NCBI GenBank assembly: GCA_031835245.2
Contig: JAVKOQ020000111.1
Coordinates: forward strand, 124,001 to 165,851
Direction: 5' to 3'
Source of the DNA: Balamuthia mandrillaris
Taxonomy: Eukaryota
Length of the DNA stretch: 41,851 nt
Of this stretch, positions 1 through 14,822 are shown one piece after another. The position numbers and the translations under genes were made by a program. Below the pieces are notes generated by a model, which was given only the letters and a program-made list of their open reading frames with translations, was not told the origin of the DNA and did not search any database. Position 1 is the first letter of the stretch. The number at the start of each line of letters is the position of its first letter.

Positions 1-1773
<1,773 letters not shown>

Positions 1774-2227
1774 TATTTTATCGTTCTTTGTTTTGAGTTT
1801 ATTTGTTTGATTTGCAACTTTATCCCCCAAAAAGTTTTCCGTTTCTTTGGATACCCCTGCTTTTTGGTTTATGATTGGTAACGAGGCTCAAAACTACATT
1901 ACCATTAACTTACACGAGGAGCAGCTGCCTAATTATTTAATCAATATATTCCAAATTTAGTGATAACAGATTAATTAATTTTCTTTAAATGGATAAAATA
2001 TTCTAGTCGACATCCTTTAAATGGTAATTTGATCTTTTGTGGTCTTTATAAGGCCATCCCAATCGAATAAACAAAAAACCTACAATTCTTTCTTTTCAAA
2101 AAAAAAAGGTGCGCGTCTGTTCGCTTTCCTCCACGTTCTTGTTTCTTTTCGCTTTCATCGCACGTGCTTGGTTTCTATTTCTGTCCTGTCGCCCGTTATA
2201 CAAATTACAGATGAAAAAACCTCTCAG

Positions 2228-3771
2228 CTAATCGGAGCCCAGTTCCGCCGACTTGGTTCGCACGCGCGCCAACGTCTTGTTGCGACTCGCCAAGCGCCCC
2301 TTACTCTTTAAATGGAACACGATGGCAACGCCAACGACCACAGCAACCAAGGCCACGAGCAACAAGGGCACCGTCACTTTCCACCACAGCTGGTCGCTGC
2401 CGTCGCCTCCCGCTCCTCCGTTGTCCTGGTCAACGCCGTCGTCCGCTCCATCCCCTTCGTCCGTTGCTCCTTCTCCCAACAGCACGGAGAGGTCGGGATC
2501 GTATTCCAGCTCTCTCTCGAAATGAGGAAACGTCAAACGTAACGTCCATTCGGACTTCTGCTCCTCTTGCGTGGCTTGCAGTTGGATGGGAACTGCGGTT
2601 TCATGGTCCTGGTCAATCCAAACGAACGACAATGCTCTTAGCGTGGCCTCCAGCTCTTCCGAGGAGAAACGAAACAGCTTGAGTTGTTTGCTATCGTCAT
2701 CTTCCTCCAGCGGTACCGTTTCTTCTTGGAAGTTGCTCCATCCGTTATTGCTTTCTCCAACGTTTAGCAACGTTATCTCCAAAGCGAGTTGATTGTTATT
2801 TGTTGCATCTTCTTCATTGGACCAACTCCAATTCGCAACTCGAATGCTCCATTTGACGAGGTCGCTGTCGAAAGGAGGCACAATCGTACCATCTTGTAAA
2901 GTGAAACTTTTTCCTTCTTCTAAAGAGAGGAAAGCGAACTGCAAATAAGAGTCATTGAACGAAGAAGAGAATGAAACTACGTCGGAAGAGGAAGACGAAG
3001 GAGACAAAGAAGTTTGCCAAGAAAGCTCTGCGATGGAGATACTTCTGACTTCTTCTCCCGTTTCGCCGTTTACCTCTATCAGTCGTGAAAAACTGGAAAG
3101 GAGCGAAGAAGAAGCTGACGATGAGCGAGGCGTGAGAAGCAAGTCGGGAGTGCCGAATGGGAAATGCACAGATAGGGAAGGCAGCTGCAATGTCCGATGA
3201 AGAACTACTTCCACTCGACTCTGATCACCTGACAAAAAGAATGTAGGCTGTTCGTCTTCTCCCTCTTGAGTATCCACCGATTGAAGGAGGATTGAAAACG
3301 GAGAAGCCGAAGAAGAACTGTTGAAAGAGAGAACAGAGAAAGCAAAGTCGATATGCTCGGTACCAGGAGCGATGGTCACCACTCCATCTCCCAAATCCAC
3401 GTTCCGGCTTCCTTTTCTTCCATCAGTCACGATAGCCACGCCAAATGGGGCGTCTATATCCACTTTCGATGCGACCCGAATGGAGAAGACGGGGTCAGGA
3501 ACGGAGAGAAGGACGACATGCCCGTCCAAACGAAGGTAGCTTGGATCGATGGACCAGCTCACCACTGGAAGAGGAGCGGAAAGCTGTTCGCAGCTGCCAC
3601 ATTCGAAGGTGCAGGGTTCGTTGGTAATGAGCTTGGAGTTGGTGCATGTGAAGAGAGGGGAGGAAGATAATCCTTCCACCACGAACGTAAAGTAGCTTTG
3701 AAGACTACAGTCGTTTTGCAGTGTTATCAATGCTATTTTGTTGTTGGGTTGTTTGTTTGTTGCGCAAAAGA

Positions 3772-3807
<36 letters not shown>

Positions 3808-4143
3808 ATAAAGACAGCAAGAGAAGCGGAGAGGAGGAACAAACATGACGATACAGGGCCATTATTTATGAACCTAACAGGAGCTTTGCATGTCCAGTTA
3901 GAGCGTGCCAAAAGGAGAACTGATGGTATTGAAAACGAACAAGGTTAAAGAAAGGGTAAACGAAACGAAAGAAAAGCAAAGGCAGATACAAACCGAGGTT
4001 GGCTCGCACTATGCCATCCACTTCATGCGTTACTGCTACTTCTCTATTTTGTCGAAAGATAACTTCTCCTTTTTGTTGCCAAGACGAGCTTTCTGTGATC
4101 CAAACCGCTGCAATGGAGAAAGTCTTTAAGGTCTGTCGGAAGC

Positions 4144-4180
<37 letters not shown>

Positions 4181-5472
4181 AACGATTATCGTTATACTCA
4201 AAGACAATCTCGTCATGCGATGTCCATTCCGATGTTTGGCGAACGTTTATGGCTAGTCTTGCTACATTCGCAACGTGGACTGGACCAAACGCAATCCATG
4301 TGGAGGAATCCACAATGGCTACCGCTAAAAGATGAGACAGTAAGATAAATAGGGCCATTAGTCTGGAGAAGAAGAAAGAGACAAAGAGGGAGAGGACAAG
4401 AGAAGGAAGAACTTACCAGTGCTAGTCTCAGAAGGAATGTTCTCGATGATGAGACAGCCAAAGCTATGCCATTTGCTCACTGATCGCACCATTACTATAG
4501 CAAAGAGAAAAAGGGACCCATCTCAACAACTAGAAAAAAGAGAGACCAAAGTAAACTGAGTCGAAGAGAGTAATAACCAGCATCCTCCAGGACGGAAGAG
4601 AAAGCGACGTCAGCAGTGAGCATGGTGCCAGCAGAATGAATGGCCACTCCCTTTCCAACAGGATTCGTCACCACAACGTTGTCCAGCTGCAACGTGGTCG
4701 TGTAGACGAAGACCAGCTCTCCTCCGCATTGGTTCTTGTTCTGTAGTGTTACGCCTTGAAAGGAGGTATTTCTATGGAGCTCCAAACCACAGGTTTGAAG
4801 CGAAACCTCGGAGGGATCGTTCCCTTCTCCACTGTTGTGCCAAGAGTTGAGTTTGATGGAGCGGAAGAAGAAAGAAAGAAGAGAAGAAGAGGGAAGCAAC
4901 AGAACGAGAGAAGAAGAACAACAAAAAAGAAGATGATGAAGAAGAGGAGGAGGAGTAGAACAAAGAAGAGGAACAAAGCAGGAAAGGCAAAGAGGTTACA
5001 GGAAGTTCATGGAGTGAGTCTGGCCCAAGGTAAAGCCGTCAGGAAAGGGATGAACTCCAGGGAGAAAATGGAAGGTGAAGGAGGAAAACATCCATATCGC
5101 GTCGTCATAGTCTAATATATACGAATAGGAGAGAGCAGCTTGAGAGACGGAGAAAGAAGCAGAAGCCGAAGAAAAAGATGGAGAGGAGAGGAGAGGATAA
5201 AACAGGATAGAAATAACAGGGTTGCTCCGTACCTGTGAGAAAGTCCTGGATAGATTTATAAGGAGAGCTCTCCGTGCATCCCGATACGCAAGAAGAACTC
5301 GCCCGCACGTAAACGTCTGCGAAAGCAGCCGTTAAGCGGCGAAACAAATGCGCAGGAGTTGGCGTTGGGGAGTGGCCGTACCCTCTGACTGGCAACTCAC
5401 AAGGAGGACAAAGTTGAAGCTCAACAGCAAAAGAGGCAAGAAGAGGCGAGCGGAGGCAATGTACTGCTGCAT
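2228..5472 (-). CDS. Single-pass type I membrane protein, paralog B (probable N-terminal beta-helix region, Cys hinge, membrane-proximal beta-sandwich domain, TM)
   Basis: ATG at 5472 gives signal peptide MQQYIASARLFLPLLLLSFNFVLLVSCQSE. Multiple GT-AG introns. The long last exon has VKWSIRVANWSW..LEYDPDLSVLL, an acidic linker, LWWKVTVP, a hydrophobic TM and a basic tail. Stop at 2228. Confidence 0.88.
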
Positions 5473-5657
5473 GCTGCCCTCCTTTCTGTCTTCGGGGGAT
5501 CGGGTTTGTCGTCTGCTTTGTTTGCGAGGGTGCTTGTAGTGAGCGAAACAACGTGTATCCTAACTCTCGAGGACTAACCGAAACTAGTGCTTTATTGGTC
5601 CTTCCTTCATTACAGCTCAATTATGTATCCCAATAAAACAATCACCAATAAAACACA

Positions 5658-5790
5658 GTTCTTGTTCTTCTTCTTCTTGTTCTTGTTCTTGTTCTTCTTG
5701 TTCTTCTTCTTCTTCTTGTTCTTGTTCTTGTTCTTGTTCTTCTTCTTCTTCTTCTTCTTCTTCTTCTTCTTCTTCTTCTTCTTCTTCATC
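5658..5790. repeat. (TTC/TTG)n microsatellite, intergenic
   Basis: Directly visible between paralogs B and C. Confidence 0.9.
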
Positions 5791-5976
5791 CGTGTTGGTC
5801 ATCTCCTTCATGCGCGTTCTTCGTTCTTCTTATGCTTCTCTCTTTTTTTTCTTCTTTTTATTTGAGAAGAAGGAGGACAACTGGAGGTTGATGGGAGTGG
5901 GACCGAGGAGGTTAAGAAGAGATGAACAACAGAGAAGAAGAGTGTTAAAAGATGAATGGATAACTCATACAGGTTT

Positions 5977-7997
5977 TTAGGGAAGTTCGGAATGTTGTGG
6001 TGAAAACTTCATCCTTCGTCGCTTGACGGTGCTCTTCCTCTTGAGGTGGAATGTAATGGAAGCCGCCACGACCACCACCAAAGCCGTCACCAACAACACC
6101 GGAACCAATATCTTCCACCACAATTCATCGTCGGCATCCTCGCCATCCTCGTTCCCTTCATCATCCGTGGAAGAGAGAACGACGGAAAGATCAGGGTCAT
6201 ACTCGATGCGTTGCTCGAAAGGAGGAAAGGTGAAGCGCGCGGTTGCAAAGGAAAAGGAAGAAGAAAGGAAGAGCTCCACAGAAACGGGAGCCGACGTCGT
6301 GTAGTCTTCGTCCTTCCATGCAAAGTTTAACGCGCGAAAGATGGCTGCGCTGTTCTCTGCAACAAGTCTCTGTTCATGCACTGCCTTCTGTGGTAGCTCT
6401 CCGTCTCTTCGTTGTTGAGGTAAAGGAGTGATGCGTATGTCAGAGGAGCCGAACCATTCACTATCTCCACTTTCAAGTGCAAGCTCTAACCGTAGAACGT
6501 GGGATGATGATGATGATGGTGAGGAAGAAAAAGGCCAGTTCTCAATGCTTAAACTCCACTTGAGGCTGTCTAGGTCTTCAGAAGGAACAAAAGTGGTTTC
6601 ATCCAACAGTTGAACACTTTCGTTTCTGTTCACCGTCTGAAAAGCGATTCGAATGGAGGCTCCGTTATCAAAAGTGGTTGAAAAGATAAATGTCGAATTA
6701 TTGGTGTTGTTGTCGTCGTTGGTGTGGTTGTTCCATGTGAGTGTGGAAAGGTTCTTTGAAGAAACGACTTGTTCCGTTTCGAGGTTCACTTCCTCCAACT
6801 TTAAAAACGTCGCCAATGTTGACACTGCAATTGCTTCAACAGAGGAGGACGAGGAAGAAGAAGATGATGAAGAAGACGACGACGACGAAGACGAAGACGA
6901 AGAAGTAAGGAAAGGAGTCATGATAAAGTCGGGAGAGTCGAAAGGAAAGACAGCAGTTGCGGAGGCCATGTTCAAAGAAGGCAATATCACAGCATCCACG
7001 ATGCCACCTTCTGTTGAAACAAAGTAAAGAGGTGGTTGATATGCCGTTGTTGCATTGGATGGCTGAATGGTGAGACGAAAAGGGGATCCTTTCGCTGCTT
7101 TCATGTTGGAAACGGTGAAGTGGATTTCAACTTGGTCTTCTTCCGATGGGAAAACAATTAGCTCGTCCTCAAAGCGAATGAGATGACGGTCGTTGCTTCC
7201 GTCTGTTTCTAAAACCACTTCAAAGTCTTCCATTATGAAGAATGAAGAAGAAGGTGCGAAACCGATACTGAAAACAGGATCCGGTCGAGCAATGACAACC
7301 ACTGGTGTTTCTTCCTCATCTCCTTCCACAGGAGTAGAGGATGGAAAAGAAGAAGCGGGAAGACGAAGGTATGATGAACTGATGAGCCATTGCAAGACCG
7401 GGGTCTCTAACGATTGTTGGCAGTCGCAGTTGATGTTGCCGCAACCTTCAGCTGTATACAAGTAAGACGAGCCGGAACAGTGGAAGATATCGCTCGCCCC
7501 TTGAAACTGGATAGTGTGACTCGTTTGAATGGTTCCGCTTTGTGCTAACTTTACAAGTGCTGCAAGAAAAAACACGAGAAACTGACTTAATAACTGAATG
7601 TAACCAAGAAGAAACAAAAAAAAAGGAAAGAGGAAAGAAGAACAAAAGCAAACCTTGGGTTTGAACGTTGTTGTTCGTGAGAATAATGGGAGCTTCACTC
7701 ATCCAAGTGGCAAAATTCACAAATACTGTATCCAAAGGAGATATATATAACCAAATAAACAAACAGAAGAATGACGAAAAGAACACGAAGGACAAGAAGG
7801 AGGAGGGCAAGGAGAAGCAGAAGGAGGAACTTACCAAGATGTTGATCACGTTCGAAATGCTCAACAGGATCAATACCATATATGAACTCCACTAGCACAG
7901 GATTGTTGTTTCTAAAGGTCGCTGGCCCTCTTTGCGTCCAACGTGCCTGCTCCAACAACCAAATAGCTTTGGTTTGTTTTTAAGTTGTTCAGTTTCC

Positions 7998-8039
<42 letters not shown>

Positions 8040-8525
8040 AAACAAAAGAATGATAAACCCAGAGAACAAGAAAGAGAGAAAAGAAACCATTTCTACTGTT
8101 CTCGAAGATGACTTCCGAATGCGAGACCCAAGTCGCAGTGGATGTTAAAGCAAGAGCTGAAAGAGCCCAACAAAATAAACACGTTGTGAGTAAAGTTTTT
8201 GGTTGGGTTGGGTTTGTGAGCGAGTTGTCAGTTAAACGAACCTAGTCCGTGAATGTTGCGGAACAACACAGGGCCAAAGCTTTGCCATCGTGTTCCCGAA
8301 GAGGTGATACGAACGGCTGTACCAAAGAAAGCGACGGTAGCATGTTAGTCTCGCGAACAAAACAGAGCAAGAACGAAAGTTTGGAAACAACAAAGAAAGA
8401 GAAAGAAAGAAGCTAACCTGCATCGGAAGGGCTTAGGTTTTCAAAGTTGAGCGTACCATAACTGAGCCACTCTTTGTAAAAACCAGTTACTTGTACTAAA
8501 CGGAATAAAAAGTTAGAAGAGGGAG

Positions 8526-8575
<50 letters not shown>

Positions 8576-9462
8576 AGGAAAGAGCATCAACGAAAGAGGT
8601 ACAAGCAAAAGCGATGTTTCTGAACTGAACATCGGTGGTGACAAGGTTGCCGGAAGCAACAATGCCCTGCGCTGCCTCCAACTCGGAGTAGACGTGAACG
8701 TTCCGTAGCTCGAGATCGACATCGACGCTGAGGATCAATCCTGCGCACGTGCCCTTCAACGTTAGGTCGACGAACGCAACGGGATGTCCCGATAGCTGGA
8801 GCTGACAAGCTTCTACCACCACTTCGGAGCGCTGGTTCCCTAGTCCTCTGTTCGTTGGTGTTGCTTGTTGGTGAAAGAAAAAACGAGAGAAGGAGAGAGA
8901 AAGCGGAGAAGCAGAAAGAAGACAAAGAGAAGAAAAGAAATAAAGAGAGAAAGGTGAAAAATGAACAGAGAGCAACTCACATGAGGAACAAGGGAGCGGT
9001 ATCTATGTCGTCCCCAAACTCGTCCTGGGCGACAGCGTACACTCCCGGAGACAGGTACAGCACAACAGTCTTGTTGGCTTGTCTCTGGTCTTTTCCCAAC
9101 ACAGCAAAAAATAAGAAAAGAAAAAGAAAAGGAATAAGAAAGAGAAAGAAACAATAAAAGAAAAAAAAGAAATAAAGAAGAAAAAATAGAAGAAAAAACA
9201 GAAGGATGGAAGAACAAACCAGCCAAAGCGTCGGTGATGGTTTGATAGGGGTCCGCTTCGTTGCAAAGTGAAGTACAAGGAGAGTTTCCATTGACAAACA
9301 GCTCAACTATTTTTTTAAAAAAAACAGAAAAAAGTTTTAAAAAAATGCATATAGTAAACAAAAGAGGAACAAGAAACCAGAGTCAGCCGGCTGAGCGTAA
9401 GTAGTAGGTACGAAGAGAAAGACGCATGCCCACAAAAAGAAACCTATAAAACAGCTGTGCAT
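5977..9462 (-). CDS. Single-pass type I membrane protein, paralog C
   Basis: ATG at 9462 gives signal peptide MHSCFIGFFLWACVFLFVPTTYAQPADS. Exons read ELFVNGNSPCTSLCNEADPYQTITDAL, VVLYLSPGVY and GLGNQRSEVVVEACQL. The last exon has LKWSLSIENWPF..IEYDPDLSVVL..LWWKILVP plus TM. Stop at 5977. Confidence 0.88.
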
Positions 9463-9616
9463 CTTTTTTTTTTTTTGTTTTCTTTCTCCGTCTTTTTAAC
9501 AAAACAATAACGGCAACAAGCCAATGCGTTGCCGTGCTCAATCATTAGTCCAAGGAATTCCTCGTGTGTACACATAGCATATGAGGCAAGATAATAAAAA
9601 AGAAAAAGATAATACG

Positions 9617-10975
9617 TTACACGTGAAGCGTTTTCTTGAACGCCTCGTACGCGGTGAACTGAATGGCAGCGCCAGGGACGCTTCTCGCAAAGTTGGCCCC
9701 CCAACCCTTGTACAGGGAGAGGAAGCCCTCCCGCGTCACCATCGTTATGATACAATTCCAGCTGTTCCTGTAGACCCGCTCCTGTCCGGCTAATCCGTTG
9801 GTGATCATTCGCCGTCGCACCGTGTCTCCTGGATACATTATTGTTTGGGCCGCCATTCCTTTTTTTTTTTTTTTGTAATCTTCAGTCAGAAGGAGGAAAA
9901 GGAAAAGGAGAAACAAGGCCAACCAAGCAAAAAAAACTAAACAGACAAGAAAGCAATAGAAAAAGAAGAGAGTGCAGTGCCGAAGAAAAAGAAAAAGAAA
10001 ACAAAAAAAAAAACCTGAAGTGGCGCCACACGCAAGGGTGAAAAATACAGAGGTACGGCCAAGGGCCGTCTTGTGGCGTCGTCCGCTTCAACAACTCGTA
10101 AAATGTCATTTGCAACCCAACATATGGTGCACCTTTGTTTTGAAAGAAGATAGAAGAAAGAAAAAAGAAGTAGAAGAAAAAGAAAGCAAGCACAGAGTAA
10201 GAAGATAGAAAATAAGAGAAGAAAGCAAAGCTAACAAAAACAGCAACAACAAACACAAACCTGAAACGATGGTAGGTCCAATGCCCTTATAAAAGGCCAA
10301 GACTCCCTCCGTTCTTGCGGTGACCGCCATGCAGTGCAGGATGCCATTATAGCGAACGCCCATGTCAGCCGCCAACGAGAGCCTCGTGCGTATGAACTCC
10401 AGCGGGAACGTGATGCAGGTCTGAAAGAGGCCCGCCACGGTGCCGCTCAGCATGAGCTGAGCAAAGTCGAGGCGGTTGGCGGCCTGCCCCGGCCGCAGCA
10501 CCAACGTCTTGAACCAGTCGTTGAAGGAGAACTTGAGGGCGTAGACCGGGATAACGCGGGCTACGTTGGCGCCGTTCCCTTTGTAGAAACCGCGAACGCC
10601 TTCCTCTCTGAGGACTAAACCGAGGGCCTAGATGAGAGTTGATGAGACGAGATTTTGAGGAGAGAAAGAGAGAGAAGAAGCAGAGGAGGAAGAAGAGGAA
10701 GAGGAAGAAGAAGAACCGGTAAGTACCTGCGGGATGGAACGATATTTTATCGGGTCCTCCGCCCGCATGCCCTGAATCTGGAACAAGATCTTCAGCCGTT
10801 CCAAAGGGGCGGTAGAGGTCTTTGTGACGGTCCCGGCCGCCGCGCCCGCCACCATCTGCAGGGCGTGCACCTGCACGGGCGTGTAGCTCTTTGCCACGGC
10901 GGCGCCAGAGAGGAGAGAAGCGGCGGCGGTAGCGGGAGAAGCGGCGGTGAGGGTCTTTGTTTCGCTCACACTCAT
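9617..10975 (-). CDS. Mitochondrial carrier (SLC25) protein, CoA/adenine-nucleotide-carrier-like; apparent 1-nt frameshift near 10065
   Basis: Three carrier signature repeats: APLERLKILFQ, FPLEFIRTRL and YPGDTVRRRM. Also GVRGFYKGNGANVARVIP and FLSLYKGWGANFARSVP. ATG at 10975, stop at 9617. Confidence 0.92.
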
Positions 10976-11574
10976 TTTTTGCAATGAAGAACCTAACAAG
11001 TTTGCAAAGTAGACTGATATCGATGCCTTTAAAGAAAAAAGAGAATCACTTTTTTTTTGCCTGCAAAGAAGATCACTCGCAAAAAAAAAAAAAAGTGATT
11101 GCCATGCCTGTAAAAAACGAAAAGGACTGAGATGTACCAAAAACAAACAAGAGGAAGACGCCAATGAGAGTGTGATTCTATGGAAAGGATGTGGTAGGGA
11201 CAGAGTACAAGAGGAAGACGACAGTGTTTCTTTCTTTTTCGTCTTCTTTTTCTGAAGTTTTCGCCACCTTAAGGGAAAACAAAGAGAGAGCGAGAGATCG
11301 GTAGCCAACCAAAGGAAGAACAGTTTTTGCTTTGTGCGTTGCTGCAAGCAGCTTTCGACTTCATACGCCCAATAATTCGGCTGTAACATAGGACAATATG
11401 CACCGAAACAATCACTTTGGTTTAACTTTCGCATCTCAGGGATCTTACAGTAGCAGGTTTTGCAGGCAAAAGCGAATCAGAGTGGAGCCTCACGCCCTGC
11501 TCTAACAGCGATCTGGGAACGGTGACTTGGAAGCAGCATTGGTTGCATTGGCTTGATTGCTTTGCCTCCAATAC

Positions 11575-11623
<49 letters not shown>

Positions 11624-12020
11624 GGAAATCAAGAAGGGAGGTAACAATTCGTGATGGCGCTGAACAATGTTCTGTGTTTGTTATATTTTCCCAAGTCAGA
11701 ACACGTGTGGGGAATGCTTTTGAGGCCCTCTCCAAACACAGTTCAATTCTCACAAGGGACAACACATCCGCATGTTCATGAAAGGCGAAAATTAAAAATA
11801 AATTTTTGTTGGCAGAAAGATGAGAGAAAGAGAGAGAGAGAGAGAGAGAAATGTGTTTTTGTTTTTTTCAAAAAATTGCTTTGTGGTCTTTTGTTTTTGT
11901 TTACAGCGTCCATTTAAAAAGAAAGGAGAAAAAAAAAAGAAAATATAAATAAAGAATAAAAGAAAAATGAAACTAACGTTTGCAGAGAGAGAGAGAGTTC
12001 CACCTTCGCTTTCACCTCAT

Positions 12021-14230
12021 TCACTTATTCCTGTGCGAGTTTTGGCTCTTCTGCTTTTGCTCGCTGCAAAACACGTCGTAGTGGACCAACGCCTCCTTGA
12101 TGATCTCCGCCGCTTTGACGATCTGCTCATCCTCCAACACGGACGAGATGACCACGCGAATGCTGGGCTCGGGCAAGAACCTCTCCACCTCCGTATAGTG
12201 CGCACGCGTCAATAAGAGACCACGATGTAATGCCTCATCCACCACTCCCTGCAAATACTTCTCGTCTTCATATCTCTTCGCTTTCTTCCTCTCGGCTGTT
12301 GTAAGTTGCTTGCTGCCTCCTTCTTGTTGTTCGTCTTCTTTGTTGGATCTGTTTTGGAGTCGTCGAAGGTGAATAATCGGAGAGAGAGGATCAGTGCCTT
12401 GCATCGTGACTCCATAACGTTCGATGTCGCTCATTTCCTTGTGGAAGAGCGCCACCTTGTCCTGCAACTTTTGCTGCAAGAAGCCCGTGTGCTCATCGAT
12501 CAGCTCGAATGCTTTGAGCGCAGCGGCTACGATATAGGGAGGACTCGATGCGGAGAAGACGTAGCCAGATCCCATAAGGCGCTGATGAAAGACTACCGCG
12601 TTGCTGCTACAGCAAAAACCGCCCAAGGAGCCCAGAGCGTGACCCATGCTGGCCGTCAGGATGTCAATCTCACGGGCATCCACTCCCCAGTGCTCGCAGG
12701 TACCGCGGCCAGAGGCGCCCAATGTGCCGATGCCAAAGCTATCATCCATGATAAGGCGGAAGCAGAACTCGCGCTTGAGAAGGAGGAGCTGTTTGAGGGG
12801 CGCGATGTCGCCGTGGTTGGCGTAGAGTCCCTCCACTACGACGAACTTACGGTAGAGCTTAGGGTTACGACGCATCCTAGCGTCCTCCTGTTGGATGCTT
12901 TGAAGAATGCGACGCAAATCGGACATGTCGTTATGGCGGAAATAGACCACCTTGCTGCGGGAACGCACAATGCCGGTTTGTAAGGCATGAGCAACTCCTT
13001 CATCACTGGTTTGTTGTGTTGGTTAGGTGCTATTGAAAGGAAAAAGAAAATAAGGAAATAAGAGAACGGAAATGTACCAAATAATAAGATCAGAAACCTT
13101 AGAGAAAGCGGGAATGGCAGAGGCGATGGTGGCAAAGCCAGAGGAATAGATGATAGCTTCCTCAGTTCCCATGAACTCGGCGATTTTCTTCTCCAACTCC
13201 AAATGCACATCTTCAACAATATAGAGGTCAAAATAAGCACTGCAAGAAAGAGAGTTATGGGAAAGAAGTGTACCCATAGTGCCGTAAAAGCCACGAGGGC
13301 CACAAGAGCCACAGCCATAAGTGCGAAGAGCATTCTCCGCTGTTTTCTTCAGCTCTGGATTGCTGGACATGCCCAAGAAGTTGGTTGTGGCCATATTGAT
13401 GGCTTCCTTTCCGTTCACTTCGATAAGCTTCCCATTATCACTATACGAAACCATAGAATAAGCAAACGAAGAAGCAGAAGAAGCAGAAGCATAAGCATAA
13501 GCAGAAGAAGAAGAAGAAGAAGAAGAAGAAGAAGAAGAAGAAGAAGAAGAAGAACAAGAACAAGAAGAAGAACAAGAACAAGAACAAGAACAAGAAGAAC
13601 AAGCAGCGAAGCAGAAAGAACAAGAGCAGGAAAAGAACAAAAAAACAACTTCGATATTAAAACACACATACCTTGTGATGGTGGGCACGGTGGTGGCGCT
13701 CCACTTTTGAAACTCGCTCAACGCGGGCGACAACGGCAGCGGCTCCCATTCCGCCACCAGCTCATCGATTTCCTATTTATTTAAAGTTTTAAGTTTCCGT
13801 CAAAAAATAAAATATTAATATAAAAATAAAATAAAAATAAAAAATAAAAAATAACATAAAAGCAAAAAATAAAAAATAAAAAATAAAAGAAAAAGAAATT
13901 GAAGATATAAAACTGAAAATGAATTCAAAAGGGGAAAAAAAATACCTGATCGGTGAGACGCTCGGGCTTTTCTTTGATTTTGTAGCTCTTCTGGAGGAGC
14001 AGGTAGACGATGAAGATGACGAAAAAGGCCTCCAGGCAGATGTGGAAGGGGTGAAGCTCCGCGGGGAGGTAGGCCGCCAGCCAGGGCAGCGTTGCGCTCA
14101 TGCTGTACGAGGAGAAGAAGGCGGAGGGCTGCGCGTAGAGGTTCCAGAAAGCACCCCCCTCCCCTCCGCCTTCCATCGTCGACGGAGTTGAGGCGGCAGC
14201 AGCGGTCGTCAACAGGAACAGCAATCCCAT
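12021..14230 (-). CDS. SPTLC1: Serine palmitoyltransferase subunit 1 (LCB1/SPTLC1)
   Basis: N-terminal TM ([17 protein letters not shown]), [72 protein letters not shown] lacks the PLP-binding Lys, which is diagnostic of LCB1 rather than LCB2. Start at 14230 or 14176. Confidence 0.95.
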
Positions 14231-14599
14231 TTCGTTTTTCTTCTTTACAAATAAATGTGTCACCACAAAATTATTGTTGTTTTTTTTTTTTTTTTGTGGA
14301 TTTGTTTTTGTAGGTAGAGAAAGAGAAAAAAAGAAAGAGAAGAAGAAAACGAAGGTTGTTGTTTTTGAGCGGCGAAAAAAGAATTCAAGTGGGAACCACA
14401 CCTGCTTTCTCTCTCTCTCTCTCTGCTCTCCTTTCGTTCTTTTATTTTTTTAATACTTTGGGGAGTCCTTAATGCAACAAAACAAAATTGAGGAACAACC
14501 GAGCACAATTATTGCTATATTTGACCACCTTTAGAGTAGGGGTATTAATTGTAGACATTTGTTGCTGTTGTCGACATTGGTTATTGTCGACGGAAGTTT

Positions 14600-14775
14600 C
14601 CTTTTTCTCTTTCTTCTTGTTCTTCTTCTTCTCCTCCTCCTTCTTCTTCTCCTTCTTCTTCTCTTGTTCTTCTTCCTCTTCTTTCTTCTTGTTCTTGTTC
14701 TTCTTCTTCTTCTTCTTCTTCTCCTCATCATCATCATCATCATCATCATTATTATTATTATCATTATTCTTATTT
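14600..14775. repeat. (TTC)n-(TCA)n-(TTA)n microsatellite, intergenic
   Basis: Directly visible downstream of the TTLL12 stop. Confidence 0.9.
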
Positions 14776-14822
14776 TTTTTCAACTTTCTTTCTTATCGTT
14801 TGCGATCATTCTTTTCCTCAAA

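Noticed and set aside
10976..11434. N-terminal extension of the mitochondrial carrier ORF
   Set aside because: It runs through T-rich and CT-rich low-complexity sequence. The carrier begins plausibly at Met 10975, preceded by an A-rich context like other genes here.
13470..13640. Poly-Ser/Arg/Leu ORF segments within LCB1
   Set aside because: They come from an intronic (GAA)n microsatellite and are not coding.
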